Part shown: in pieces, positions 49,033 through 61,749 of the stretch
Layout: every line of letters starts with the position of its first letter
How positions within the stretch are numbered: the stretch's first letter is position 1
Source of the DNA: Felis catus
Lineage: Eukaryota
Direction: 5' to 3'
Assembly (NCBI RefSeq): GCF_018350175.1
Contig: NC_058368.1
Location: 37,016,001 to 37,080,000 of the forward strand
Length of the DNA: 64,000 nucleotides
Translations under genes and position numbers: made by a program
The notes under the pieces: model-generated
Told to the model about the DNA's origin: nothing
Database searches by the model: none
The model's input: only the letters and a program-made list of their open reading frames with translations

Positions 49033-49782
49033 CACAGTATTCTCTTATAATTGTTTGTATTCCTGTGGTTTTGGTTGTTATTTCTCCTCTCTCATTTATA
49101 ATTTTATTTATTTGTTTTCTTTCTCTTTTCTTTTTGATAAATCTGGCTAGAGGTTTATCAATTTTATTAATGTTTTCAAGGAACAAACTCCTAGTTTCAT
49201 TGATCTGTGTAATTATTTTTTTAGTTTCTATTTTGTTTATTTCTTCTCTAATCTTTATTGTTTCCTTCCTTCTGCTGGCTTTAGGCTTTGCTTGTTGTTC
49301 TTATTCTAGCTCCTTTAGGTGTAAGGTTGGGTTGTTTATTGGAGATATTTCTTGCTTCTTGAGGTAGTCCTGTGTTGCCATATACCTACCTTTTATGGCC
49401 GCTTTTTTTTTGTATCCTTAAGAGTTTAGACCATTGTGTTTTTGTTTTCAATTGTTTGCATATTTTTAAAAATTTCTTCTCTGATTTCCTGGTTGAGCCA
49501 TTCATTGTTTAGTAGCATGTTGTTTAACCTCCATTTGTTTGTAGTTTTTCCATATTTTTTCTTGTGGATGGCTTCTAACATTGTGGTCAGAAAAAGTACA
49601 TGGCATGACTTCAATCTTTTTATTTGTTGAGGTCTATTTTGTGACCTAATATGTGATCTATTCTGGAGAATATTCCATGTTCACTGGAAAAGAATGTGTA
49701 TTCTGCTGTTTTAGGATGGAATGTTCTGAGTATATTTGTTAGGTCCATTAGGTTCAGTGTGTCATTCAAAGCCATTGTTTCC

Positions 49783-49999
49783 GGGGCGCCTGGGTGGCTC
49801 AGTCGGTTAAATGTCTGACTTCGGCTCAGGTCATGATCTCACAGTTGGTGGGTTCAAGCCCTGCTTCGGGCTCTGTGCTGTCAGCTCAGAGCCTAGAGCC
49901 TGCTTCGGATTCTGTGTCTCCTCTTCTCTCCGTCCCTCCCCTGTTCATGCTCTGTCTCTCTCTGTCTCTCAATGATAAATAAACGTTAAAAAATTTTAA
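49783..49999 (+). mobile_element. CanSINE in outer L1 EN domain
   Basis: Perfect 15-bp TSD AAAGCCATTGTTTCC at 49768-49782 and 50000-50014. Confidence 0.98.
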
Positions 50000-50112
50000 A
50001 AAGCCATTGTTTCCTTGCTTATTTTCTATTTAGGTGATCTGTCCATTGATGTTAATAGGGTGTTAGGTCCCCTATTGTATTATTATCAGTCATTTCCTTT
50101 ATGTTTGTTATT

Positions 50113-50842
50113 TTTGTTTGTTTCAAGTTTTTTATTTAAATTCCAGTTATTTAATATATAGTATAATGTTAGTTTCAGAAGTAGAATTTAGAGATTCATC
50201 ACTTACGTATAACACCCAGTGCTTATCACAAATGCCCTCCTTAATACCTATCACCTTCTTAACCCATGCTCCTGTCCCCTCCCTTCCAGCAACCCTCACT
50301 TTGTTCTTTATAGTTAAGACCCTGTTTTATGGTTTGCCTCTCTCCCCCACCCCATGTTCATCTATTTTTTCCTTAAATTTTACATATGAGTGAAATCATA
50401 TTTGTCTTTCTCTGACTGACTTCTGACATCTAACATAATACTCTCTAGCTCCATCCATGTAGTTAAAAATGGCAAGATTTCATTTTTTATGGAATGCTAC
50501 CTCTTCTTTACCCATTTGTGAGCTGATGGACATTTGGGCTCTTTCCATAAGTTGGCTATTGTTGATACTGGTTCTGTAAACATCAGGGTGCACGTGTTCC
50601 TTTGAATCAGTATTTTCGTATCTTTTGGGTAAATACCTAGGAATGCAATTGCTGGATCATAGGGCATTTCTATTTTTAACAGTTTGAGGAACCTCCATAC
50701 TATTATCCAGACTGGCTGCATCACTTTGTGTTCCTACCAACAATGTAAGTGGGTTCTCCTTTGCTGCATCCTTGCCAACATCTGTTGTTTCCTATGTAGT
50801 TAATTTTAGCCATTCTGAGAGGTGTGAGGCAATCTCTCATTG
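50113..50842 (-). mobile_element. 5'-truncated L1 (about 730 bp 3' end) inserted in outer L1 EN domain
   Basis: 3'UTR plus ORF2 C-terminus (VWRFLKLLKIEMPYDPAIAFLGIYP). EN sequence resumes at about 50843. Degenerate TSD TCCTTT....TTATT. Confidence 0.9.
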
Positions 50843-51234
50843 TCCTTTTTTTCATTATTAATTGTTTTATATAGTTTCATGCTTTCATGTTGGGTGCATA
50901 AATACTTACAGTTGTTATATTTTCTTACTAGATTGTTCTCTTTATTATTATAATTTGCCCTTCTTTGTCTCTTGTTACAGTCTTTGTTTTAAGCTCTAGT
51001 TTCTCTGATGTAAGTATTGCTACTCCAGTTGTCTTCTGACATTCATTTACGTGATAAATGTTTCTCCATCCCCTAACTTTCAATCTGCAGATATCTTTAC
51101 GTCTAAAATGAATCACTCGTAGGCACCATAGAGATGGGTCTTATTTTTTTTTCCTTTTTTTTAATCCTTTCTGAAACATTATGTCTTTTGACTAGAGTAT
51201 TTAGTCTATTTTCTTTCAAAGTAATTATTGATAG

Positions 51235-51451
51235 GGGCACCTGGGTGGCTCAGTCAGTAAATCATCCAACTTTGGCTCAGGTCATGATCTCATGGTTCAT
51301 GAGTTCAAGCCCATGTTGGGCTATTTGCTGACACCTCAGAGCCTGGTGCCTGCTTCAGATTCTGTGTCTCCCTATCTCTCTGCCCCTCCCCTGTTTGCAC
51401 TCTGTCTCTCTCTCTCTCCCTCAAAATAAATAGACATTTAGAAAAATTTAA
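51235..51451 (+). mobile_element. CanSINE near the ORF2 start of the outer L1
   Basis: 17-bp TSD AAAGTAATT(A/C)TTGATAG at 51218-51234 and 51452-51468. Confidence 0.97.
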
Positions 51452-54149
51452 AAAGTAATTCTTGATAGACATATATTTATTGACATTTATTATTTGTTGT
51501 TATTTCTGGAGATATTCTCTGATTTTTTCTTGTCTTTTATGTTTTGTTGATTTTCTTTAGTGATATTTTTGGATTTCTTTCTCTTCATTCTTTGTATGTT
51601 TATTAGTGGTTTTAGATATATGGTTTCCATGAGATTTGTATATACTCTCTTTTGCAGATATCAGTCTATATTAAGTTGATGCTCATTCAAGTTTGAACCA
51701 ATTCTTTTCTACTCTTCTCCCCACGTTTTAGGTATATGTTGTTATATTTTGTAACTTTGTGTGTGTGTGAGTTCCTTGACTGATTTTTATAGAAATATTC
51801 ATTTTTACTACTTTTGTACTTTCTTCCTTTATACTTTCTCTTTTGATCTCCCCTTTCTACTCAAAGAGTCCCTTCGGTATTTCTTGTTGGGTTGGTTTAG
51901 TGATCACAAATATTAAAGGTTATTGCTTTTTGTTTGGGAAACTCTTTATCTCTCCTTCTGTTCTCAGTGATAGCCTTGCTGGATAGCTTACACTTCACTG
52001 TGTGTTTTTTCCCTTTCAACACTGAATATATTATGACACTCCCTTTTGGCTTGCCAAGTTTCTATTGGGAAATCTCCAGCTAGCCTCATGGGTTTTCCTT
52101 TGTAAGTTAATGACTTCTTTTTTCTTGCTGTTTTTTAAGATTTTTTTTTCCTTTATCATTATATTTTGCATATTTACTTATGGTATGTCTTGATATTGGC
52201 CTGCTTTTGTTGATTTTGCTGGGAGTTCTCTGTGCCTCCTGGATTTGGATGTCTTTTTCCTTCCCCATATTGGGGAAATTTTCAGCATTATTTCTTCACT
52301 TAAAATTTTCGGCCTCTTTTCTCTTTCTTCTTCTTATAATATGAATGTTAATACATTTGATGGAGTCACTGAGTGCCCCAAGTTTATTCTCATTTTCCAT
52401 AGTTCTTTTTTTTCTCTTTTTTCTTTTTTCAGCTTCATTACTTTCCAGTACCTTGTCTTCTATGTCATTAATTAGGTCCTCTGTTTATTCCAGCCTGCTG
52501 TTCTTTGCATCAAGCCTGTTTCTAATCTCATTTATTGTAATCCTCATCTCTGATTGATTCTTTTTTAACTCTTTTGTTCCCTTTGTTATATATAGTAAGA
52601 GTCTCACTGATATCTTCTATTCTTTTCACAAGCCCAGTGAGTATCTTTATGACCATTGCTTTAAATGCTCCATCAGGCATGTTACTTATATCTCTTTTGC
52701 TTAGATCTCTGCCCATGGCCTTTTTCTTTCATTTGGAATAAATTCCTCTGTTCTTCACATTTCTCTAAGTCTTTGCCTTCTTCTCTGTGTTAGAAAAGCC
52801 AGTTATATCTCCTGCTTCTGTAAGTAATAGCCTTATGAAGAAGAGGTCATGTAGTGCTCAGGGCCTGGCACTTCAGGTAGTGTCTCTGGTATGTGCTATG
52901 TGTGCCCTGCTATTGTGTTCTGGCTGCTTTATCCTTTAGGCCAGCATCTGCAGAGATTCTCCTTGCCTGCTGTGGGCAGTGTTTTGCCCCTGGCCAGAGT
53001 GCGGCAAGATGTACTCTGGTCTGCTTGTGAACTGAGAACTGAACTGCTTGTGAACCTGTCACCACCTCTATTGGAACTGAGGCCCTGCAGAACTCTGGTC
53101 AGGAGATGTGGTATGGACAGGGTTTTGTGCTGGTTTTCTGGAGGAGCAGCCTGCCACACTGGGACCGAAGCAGGCATGACTGAGAAGAGCAGTTCCACTG
53201 GAGTGCAGGTGGATGGTGCTTGGTGTAGGTAAGTTATGCAGCCAGTCTTGGCATTGCACTGCTTCTTACAGGTGGCTGAGTTTATGCTGAAGAGTAGGGA
53301 AAGAAAATGACGCTGGCCAGCTCTTTTGTTCCTGGAGAGGTATCTCTGTGAATGCTACCTGTCAGGGTTGTGCTCCAAAAACAGCAGATAGTCTCCCTGC
53401 TGTGTGCCCAGATACTCTTCAAAACACTGTTTCTATACTGTGTGACCCTGGGTTGTATGCCTATCTTGTCTCCAAGAGCAGTGACATGCCCTCTGGGCTC
53501 TATCCCAGCCAAGCCTGCTGACCTTGAAGATGCCAGGCTTTAAGCCCAATGGTTGTAAGAACTCATGAAATTCAGCCAATTTTGTTTTCCAAGCCAGTTG
53601 TTCGGAAAAGTGTTCTCCTTGTACATTCCCCTCTGTGCTCCTCTCTCTTGCCCTTTTCCATGACCACAGCTCCCTCCTCTCCGTAGCACCCATGATCCAT
53701 TACTCCCCCATCTCTGCTCTTCCTACCTTCTTTGATGTGGTCTCCTCTCTCACTTTAGTTGTGGAGTTTGTTCTGTCAATCTTCAGGTCAATTTCTGAGG
53801 TATTTAGGATGATTTGATTGTTATCTAGTTATATTCATGGGACAAGGCAAGTCCTCTTAGTCTACTGCCATCCTTCTCTGTAACCATGGTATTTACATAA
53901 AGAAAATTACTGACTCAAGAAATATATACAGATAAGAGAACCAAAGAGAAGATGCTTTGCCTTAATTTCTTAATATTTACTCTTTCTGTGTCAGTAATTT
54001 GTAATTTTCTTTAATTATTGTGTTTCTTTGTTTTCATTAAGTTGGAAAATCTAGAGCCAACTAGAAAATGTTTTTTAAAGATAGAGCGTATATTTTTTTT
54101 AAGAAAACAGTGAATCTGTTTTAATCAAGGCACATTTTTTTGCCATACT

Positions 54150-54330
54150 GATAATAGCAATATTTATTAAACTATATACTAAACAATGTGCCAAACATTT
54201 TGTAACTGTTAATGTTTATAATCCTATCAGCAACTCTCAGAGTTGGGCACTATTTGCATTTCAACAGTTTACATAGAATAAATAAATGACTTTCCCCGAA
54301 GGTTACACATGTGGTAAATTAGCACAGATA
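54150..54330 (-). mobile_element. MIR remnant
   Basis: ATAATAGC..ATTTATT..ATGTGCCAAACA..TAATCCT..CAACTCT..AAATGACTT..AAGGTTACACA. Confidence 0.6.
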
Positions 54331-54399
54331 GTATCCATTCATTCATTCCTTCTCTGTCAGAATTAAACCACAGAAGTAGGACCAGTATGGGGAATTTCT

Positions 54400-54604
54400 T
54401 TTCCCTTTGAACAATCCCAGCCCTGAATTTTAGGGCTTTCAACTGATTGTCCAGGATAAGCTCTCTTACTTAAAGTCAATTGATTAGGCTTTAATTACAT
54501 CTGCAAAATAACTTCACAGCAGCCATTGATTTGTGGGTTTTTTTTTTTTTGTAATTTATAGAGATTATAGATTACCCATGTTGACACCTTAAAAAACACC
54601 ATCA
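54400..54604. mobile_element. MLT2-like LTR remnant
   Basis: TTTCAACTGATTG..CTTACTTAAAGTCAATTGATT..TAATTACATCTGCAAAATA.CTTCACAGCA..GTTGACAC. Confidence 0.6.
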
Positions 54605-54605
54605 T

Positions 54606-54831
54606 GCATTCATTCATTATTTCACCAACTTATTGAGTACCTATTATATACTTGGCATTATACTACATTTTGAGTACAGAATGGTGAACCAACAAACTGT
54701 CCCTGCTCCTGGGAATTTACTAAAGGGAAATGAAAGCAATAAATAATCCCTATAGGAAGTATATACAAAATAATTGATTAGTACTATGAAATAAAAATCT
54801 GTATTTCCACCCAGCCACCCAGTCACCCACC

Positions 54832-54871
<40 letters not shown>

Positions 54872-55460
54872 GAAAAAACAATTAAAGTTCCTAATTTATA
54901 TTGGGAGTCATCTTAGGGATTTGATTATTTTAAGGTAAGATCTAAAGGAAGAATGATATTAGCAAGCAAAAACATCAAGGAAGAGAGTTTCATGCAGAAG
55001 AGCAAGGAAAGAGCCTGTGAGATTGTGAAAAACTGAAAGAAGGCTGGAAAGGGGCAATTAGCATAGAGACTTGAGGGCTGTATTAAAGGTAATGGATTTT
55101 TTTCTCCCTGCCGCCCCCAACTCCTACCCCAGTGTTTTGTGAAGTCACTAAAGGTTCTCTGTAGGGTGGTATGAGTTTGTCAGTGTTTTAAGTTGATTAC
55201 CCTGGTGCCATATGGGAAATGACCTAGAAAAGAGCAACAGTGGAAGTGAGGAGAATGATTAGGAGGGTAGGTATTACAGTGGTTCAGGTGAAAGATGCTG
55301 GGCCAAGGGCCTGTCTTGCTGTGTTAGGAGAAAAGTGGGTAGATTCCAAATTTGTTTTAGAAGTAGAGCTAGCAGTACTTGATAAACTAAATATGGCATG
55401 TAAAAGAAAGGGAAGTTATCAAAGATGATTAGCAGGTTTCTGTCTTCAGATGGAGAAGAC
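54606..55460 (-). mobile_element. L2 remnant containing (CCCA)n(CA)n at about 54808-54869
   Basis: GCATTCATTCATT..TATTGAGTACCTA tail; AAGATGATT..CAGGTTTCTG. Confidence 0.7.
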
Positions 55461-56646
55461 GTGCACCTGTGTCTCTGTTTTTAAAGAGCTCTGCAGCAAC
55501 AACTTCAGGGTATCTCACACCCATCATTTTCAAGCATGAGGTTTCTACTCACCTGGAGGTGCACATTACAGTCACTTATAGAATCTTTTCTAATTAATCA
55601 GCTATCAGAAGCTTTGACATCTCCCCCAAACGGGCATGTATCCCACCCCCTTGAGATTCAGTGCCATAGTGAGCCTCTGGTTTTCGTGCATGGGAAGTTT
55701 CCCAGATGTGGAGGGACCAGAAAATCTTATTTAGAAACTGTGAACTAAATAATTCAGTATGAAAATGGCAACAGGGTTTGTGACAGAAGTCAGTGACTCT
55801 GAGGACAGAGGAAGGACTTCACGTTATGTAGTAGTTTGGTGGTATATGATTCTCATAAGTAGATATGGCCATATTGCATTAAACACCATGGTATAATCGA
55901 CATGTAAAACTAGTATCTTGTAACTCACTTCCATGACATCAGCTATGCCATTTGAGGACTATTTCCTAGCTCTTTTTTATTTTGAGTCCATTCTATCCAT
56001 TATAAACCCACTTACACACACACATTCACCAGCTTGCAAGAAAAAAAAGGCATATTTAGAATGTTCTCTCCATGGAATTTCTGCCCCTACTTCCAATATT
56101 TACTTCTAATACTTCATGCAGTTCTCCCCATGAACTCAAATGAACCCTCAATAAAATTCTTCGATATTTGGATATTTTGAAACGTATATTAATTATGCAA
56201 GTCTATTACTCAGAGAAGCACATAGTCTCTTTTTATTATAATGACAAGTAGAACAAAACAAAACAAAGAGACTTTTTTTCTTGTAACCAGAAAGTTCTCC
56301 TCTCCGAAAACCCAAACTTAATATAAAGTTCAATTTACATTATTGATTTTGGCCCAGTAACATTTGTACTTCTCAACTGTTCTGAGTCATTCTGACTCTT
56401 TTTGTAGAAATAACAGTGGGACAAGTCAATGCTTGTAACACCCATTACACCATAGCTCTGTAATAATAGTATCACTGACGATGTTATAATGACTAGAGGC
56501 ATTGAATCTTGGATTATTTACTTAGGCCCAGCATTTTTGCCATAAAGCACACATTGCAATTTTCAGAACTTCTGGTGTTCTAGCAATATAAGGACCCCTA
56601 TTCTGGTTTGTTTTTAATCATGAATAAAAATACACATACTCTCTCT

Positions 56647-56677
<31 letters not shown>

Positions 56678-59600
56678 AGTTATTCATTACTACTACTAAC
56701 ATGGTTTATCTTCTTGGTTGCCTGACTAGTTGTGATGTAAATCTCAGATATGGATACAACGAAATGCATTTGTATTCAATGGTAGCATCTTCCACACCAA
56801 TGACCTGAGAAATTATTTTGTGGTCCTAAATCAATCTTAACTCAAGGAACAGGAAGACAATTTGCCAGTTCTTTTGCATTTCGTCCTTTTTCTTTTCTCT
56901 CTCTCTCTTTTTCTCTTTGCTTTTTATCTTGATCTACTGAATGTCATTGCCACCTTATTAGTTCTGGATAATCTCCCTCTTTCAACAACTGAAGAGCTGT
57001 AAGCACTAGTTAAATTGTCTTGTAATGACTGTTGCACAGCAGGGTCATTTATTGTGAGCCATTTGTAAGAACACAGCAAAATGGTCCAATCAATGTGTAC
57101 AGATAGGGTCAGGCTAATACAGAAGTGTATTAAAATGGCAGATACCAATTTAGTTCATCCTTTGTGAAATGCTGAGTTATTTTCTTGCTACAAAGATCAA
57201 GATGGAACCTTTGAAGAATATTTCTTTCATTTCTCCTATTTTCTTCTCTACTTTTAAGAAGAATATTTTGCAAACTTAAAAAATATTCTTCGGTCTATGT
57301 AGTCCACATATACTTTATAGAAAAAGGGAAACTATCCTTAAAACAACTGTAGAATGATTGAAATTTAATTGTTTGCTGGCCAAGATGATTAAATTACTAA
57401 TAGATTTTTTTTTTTTTTTGAGGAGAACATTTAGCTAAAGCTTGAGGCAACATCTTGTGTACCATAGGCACAGAACCACAATTAATTACTCAGTAAAAGA
57501 TAATTCTAATTGATCTATAAATGAAATGGGAGTTTAATTTTCAAAATTTAATTTAGCAGATATAGGAGTTTAAACCATAATTTTACAGCACAAAATTAAA
57601 CAACATTTTAGATTAGAAACCAAACTATTACTTTTTTTTTTTTTTTTTGTCCAAGAACTAACACTTATACTGAGCTTCACTTACAAAACGGTAAACAACA
57701 TTTACTGGACAGCTACAGATACTCTTTTTTTCAAGTTGGAATAGGTAGGAAGCATGGAGAGAACTTGCATGCAAATAAACAACATAGCTAGATATTTAAG
57801 GGGACAGTAATCGGCTACATAAGACATTTAGAACAAGAGGCAGGGTATGAATAGTAATATGACACCAATTGGATTTTTAAATCCAGCCCACTAATAGTGT
57901 ATTTTGTGTGAACTCTTCCCAGGTTCTGGTATATGGTAAACTGCTACCTGTATTTTTCTGTGCCATTAGTAATGTACATTTTCTTGTGTTCAAATTTCTG
58001 TTTTAGTGAAAAGTTAGAGAACTTGAAAAAGGAGGGGTAGTGTGAACTGAAGATCATTTTACATGATGCACACACTTGCATCAAAGAGCTTTCAGGGGAA
58101 TTCTTCCTATGTTGTTTTTTTTCCCCCCTAAAACGTTAGACATATATAACGAGTTTAGAAGCTGGAAAATTCCCTATGAAAATATTCTGACATACATTTC
58201 CAGATTTAAATACTATAAAAAATTTACTCATTCAGTTCTTTATACATTCTCATATCAGAGATAAATAAAACTTTAAAAGCTATAAAAAGAGTTTAAAATA
58301 TTGAACTTGATATATTACATGATAAATGACTTTAAAAGGAAAATGTGTATACAGAAAATTCACTCAACAGTATGGAGAAATGTTATGAAAACGATTAGTT
58401 TTCAGAAATCCATTCCTTCCATTCTGCTAGGAAGGTGAAGCTTCCCATATTGTCTGGTAGAGGGGGTATTTTGCAATTTTGAGATGCTTCAGGCGAGCAC
58501 AAACTGCACAATTGACATTTTAGAAAATGACATTCTTCTTTTATTCATCTCTAAATATCAGTCCTGCAAGGATTACATTTAATATATTAGAACAGTGATT
58601 TTTATGAATTTTTTGGCCCTTCTGTTCTTTAGATACCTGAGAGTAATGTGGTATATCAGTGTGATATCTTTGCTAGATAAAACAAAAACCAATTTTACAG
58701 CTACGATTATGTCTGGAAAATAACTGTCCCCCCCCCCCAGGCCTTAAATTCAGTATATATTTTTCTATTTAGGCAGTAAAGTAATGGGAATATACCCTGT
58801 AAAATTAAACTCTTTATTTTGCCAAAGCAGTAGATAATAATTGAATTGTTCAAAAAGTATAAAACAGATCCACATGCCTTTAAATCAATGTTGTATGAAT
58901 TATAACATTTCAAAATCTATGTAAATTTGTTATATGAAATGATGCCTTTGAAGTAGTGTACCTACCATGGTAGTATTTGGTGGATTAAGAACCATTTAAA
59001 GAAATTAGAGTATCAGTGGAGAACTCAGAAATGATTTTCTTGAATATCTCTGAATAGTTGCCACTTTTTTTCCTACTTTTTCCACAGTAGTGTAGTGAAT
59101 GTTAAAAAAAAAATGTGTATATGTGTATATATATATTTTCAAGCTGTTTTCCTTTCTCCATTATTAGGGAAGAACTAGGTTTTATAGAAGGTAGATCTCA
59201 TAAAAAGGAGGTGATCTCAAATATTTTTGAATGAATGATTAACTGAAGGGAAATTTCTGAAGGGTAGGTTGGCAATTAACCTACTAAAAGCTGAATGTGT
59301 GGTTAGATTAACAGGGTTAGTGTAAGATTATGACATCCGAAACCAGGGACAGCATATTGCTTTTCTTTGTTGAGAACTTGGTAATACTAAGCCTACCACT
59401 CTTTTCTCCCCTTACCACATTTTAGTGAATCTTAAAATATTAGAGTATATAAAAGGAATTAAGTCACTAAAGACATGATAGATCAGGAAGTACAGAGAGA
59501 AGTTCAATATATTAAAAGAGTAATTCACAAATTGGAAACCCTCACAGTGCAAAAATTGATGCACTAAGACCTAATGTACTTGAAGAGAGTATTCATGTTT

Positions 59601-60124
59601 TGGGAATCTCTGATTCAATAAATTTCATTATTGATGATAATGGCTATGCAAAAAGAGACCATAGTCAGAGAAAACTTGAAATGTTTATTAAAATCAATAC
59701 TTAAATGATAGATTTACCTGTTTGTCTGCTTCACTAGAATGTCTCTCCTTTTTTTCTCTCTCTCTTTCTTCCTCTCTCTGATATATGTGCATATATGTCA
59801 GTCTTAAAAAAATAATGGATATTTTGTTTTATGTGTATTTATGAGTAGACAGAACATATTTATTGAATTGATTTTCTATAAGTAGATATTTCCCTTTCTC
59901 CTCACTACATATCTTATTTTCTTGCCCGACTTTCTGTTGATCTACTCCTGGAAGGTAAGTGTTTATTTATTGCTATTGTCCATCTGCCTTATAGTCCTCA
60001 ATGTTATAGACCCAATTTTATGACATTACGTACCTCATTACATGACTAAATAAAACCTATTTGGATATTTCACCTTTATATATAATATAGCATATGGCGA
60101 TGCTTATGGGTTATTATAGTAATT

Positions 60125-60196
60125 AAGAATAATGTCATATCTCATTAGTTTTTCCTAAAGAATAATGTCATATCTCATTAGTTTTTCCTAAAGAAT
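60125..60196. repeat. Perfect 33-bp tandem duplication
   Basis: AAGAATAATGTCATATCTCATTAGTTTTTCCTA at 60125-60157 and 60158-60190, followed by AAGAAT. Confidence 0.98.
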
Positions 60197-60678
60197 TAGG
60201 AATTTATAATGATTTGAGTAGGAATGGTGCTAAAATTTACTTTTATACTCAAAGAAAAAATGTTGTGTTAAACAAATTTTTAGTGCACATAAAAATCTAG
60301 GATTGTTTAACCATGATAATATGTTTCGAGTCCTTAGCAGTATCACTTTGCATGGTAAGAATCAATGGGTCATTTGAAATTCTTTTGATTTACATATTTA
60401 TTTTACTTTGTGTTACATTACCTAGAACTTATCTCCCTATGATTTTCTTTAGAATTAGTCATAATTTTGTGTTAGATATGATTTAATTAATAAGCTGAGT
60501 TTTAAATATTCTCTAGTTAGGAATTTTCACATTTTCAAATTGTGTTTTTCTCAATTCTTTTTGGTTAATGCAATTTTTTTCTATATTACTTGAATAGTAC
60601 AAGTGCCAAGAATTGTTTGGATATTATACCAAGTTAAGTTAATATTTAAATGCTTCAATTAAAACTGATTATATTCTT

Positions 60679-60920
60679 GGGGCGCCTGGGTGGCTCAGTT
60701 GGTTGAGCATCTGACTTTGGCTCAGGTCGTGATCTTGCGGTTCGTGGGTTCAAGCCCTGCGTAGGGTTCTGTGCTGACAGCTTGCCCAGAGCCTGGAGCC
60801 TGCTTCGGATTCTGTGTCTCCTTCTCTCTCTGCCTCTCCCCCACTCACGCTCTGTCTCTGTCTCTGTCTCTGTCTCTCTCTCTCAAAAATAAATAAATGT
60901 GAAAAAAAATTACAAAAAAA
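60679..60920 (+). mobile_element. CanSINE (SINEC_Fc-type)
   Basis: GGGGCGCCTGGGTGGCTCAG head; TSD TGATTA(T/C)A(T/G)TCT at 60666-60677 and 60921-60932. Confidence 0.97.
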
Positions 60921-61164
60921 TGATTACAGTCTAGTCACTTATTATGTAGCAAAAACAAATAGCTAATTCAAAGTTGATTCAGTTTTTTTCCCAATGGGGA
61001 GCACATAGGAAAGTGCGGATGTCCTAAAATTATTTATTACTTATTATTATTTATTATTAATTATTATTATAAATTATAGTGAGTCAAGAAAGGCGACTTA
61101 AATTTCAATTAACTGCTAAGAGTATCTTTATCTTTTTCTTTCCTGATACCAACATAAATTTATA

Positions 61165-61390
61165 ATGTTAAGACATTTGATACAAATCAGACTAAGTTCA
61201 AAATCCAGCTCTGTCACTTATGAAGTCTGTGCTCATGACCAAGTTATTTAATTTCCCTAAAATCTAGTTTGTTTATTTGTAAAAAGGGGATAATAGTAGC
61301 TGCTTTATTCATTTTACATGGGGATTAAATGAGATTATGAGTGAAATGTTCTTAGTATGGTGTCTGGCATATAGTAGTCAATGAAGAGTA
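61165..61390 (+). mobile_element. MIR
   Basis: GTTCAAAATCCAGCTCTGTCACTTA..CAAGTTATTTAA..TGTAAAAAGGGGATAATAGTA..GGATTAAATGAGAT..TGTCTGGCATATAGTA. Confidence 0.85.
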
Positions 61391-61749
61391 AATAAATTGA
61401 TTTAGTACAATTAAATGTAAATAGTACATAACAGTATAATCAATAGTTTCAATTATAATTACTAAATATGGTACATTTTTATGATTTTTAAAACAACCAT
61501 TTAAAGAATATCGTTGGTGGGAAGTGGGTCACTTAAATTGGCTCATGTATTTCATGCATTAAATACTTTTTAAAAATTGCTAAAAATCTCTGCAGGCAAC
61601 ACTCTCAGGATTAGTAGGTGGTGTTAGCTATTCAAGCATAATCTGAATTTAATTTTATGGATTCATTTTATGAATTAACTTATGTTATTCATTTTATTTA
61701 CTCTCTTTCATTAACCTTCTTTGCAACACACTAACTATGTCTGTGTACA

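Larger units (their letters stand above)
39281..53878 (-). mobile_element. Full-length older carnivore L1 (outer element), interrupted by five later insertions
   Basis: 3' end at 39281-39770 continues at 46503. ORF2 start at about 51486, ORF1 remnant at about 51860-52740 (ISNMPDGAFKAMVIKILTGL), GC-richer 5'UTR at 52740-53878. Confidence 0.92.

Noticed and set aside
2032..49982. Recurrent 60-78 aa ORFs of the MAQSV..PTSAQVMIS..LEPASDSVSPSL type, resembling a gene family
   Set aside because: They are translations of CanSINE bodies with TSDs and A-tails, not genes.
27426..53693. Many ORFs with endonuclease, reverse-transcriptase or ORF1-like peptides, read as a possible novel RT system
   Set aside because: They are collinear fragments of ordinary L1 ORF1/ORF2 broken by stops and frameshifts; no intact ORF2 exists.
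56924..57148. 74-aa minus-strand ORF in unique sequence
   Set aside because: No ATG start, no convincing splice pair, no recognisable homology.
60125..60196. 33-bp repeat as a CRISPR-like array
   Set aside because: Only two directly abutting units, no spacers, eukaryotic context.
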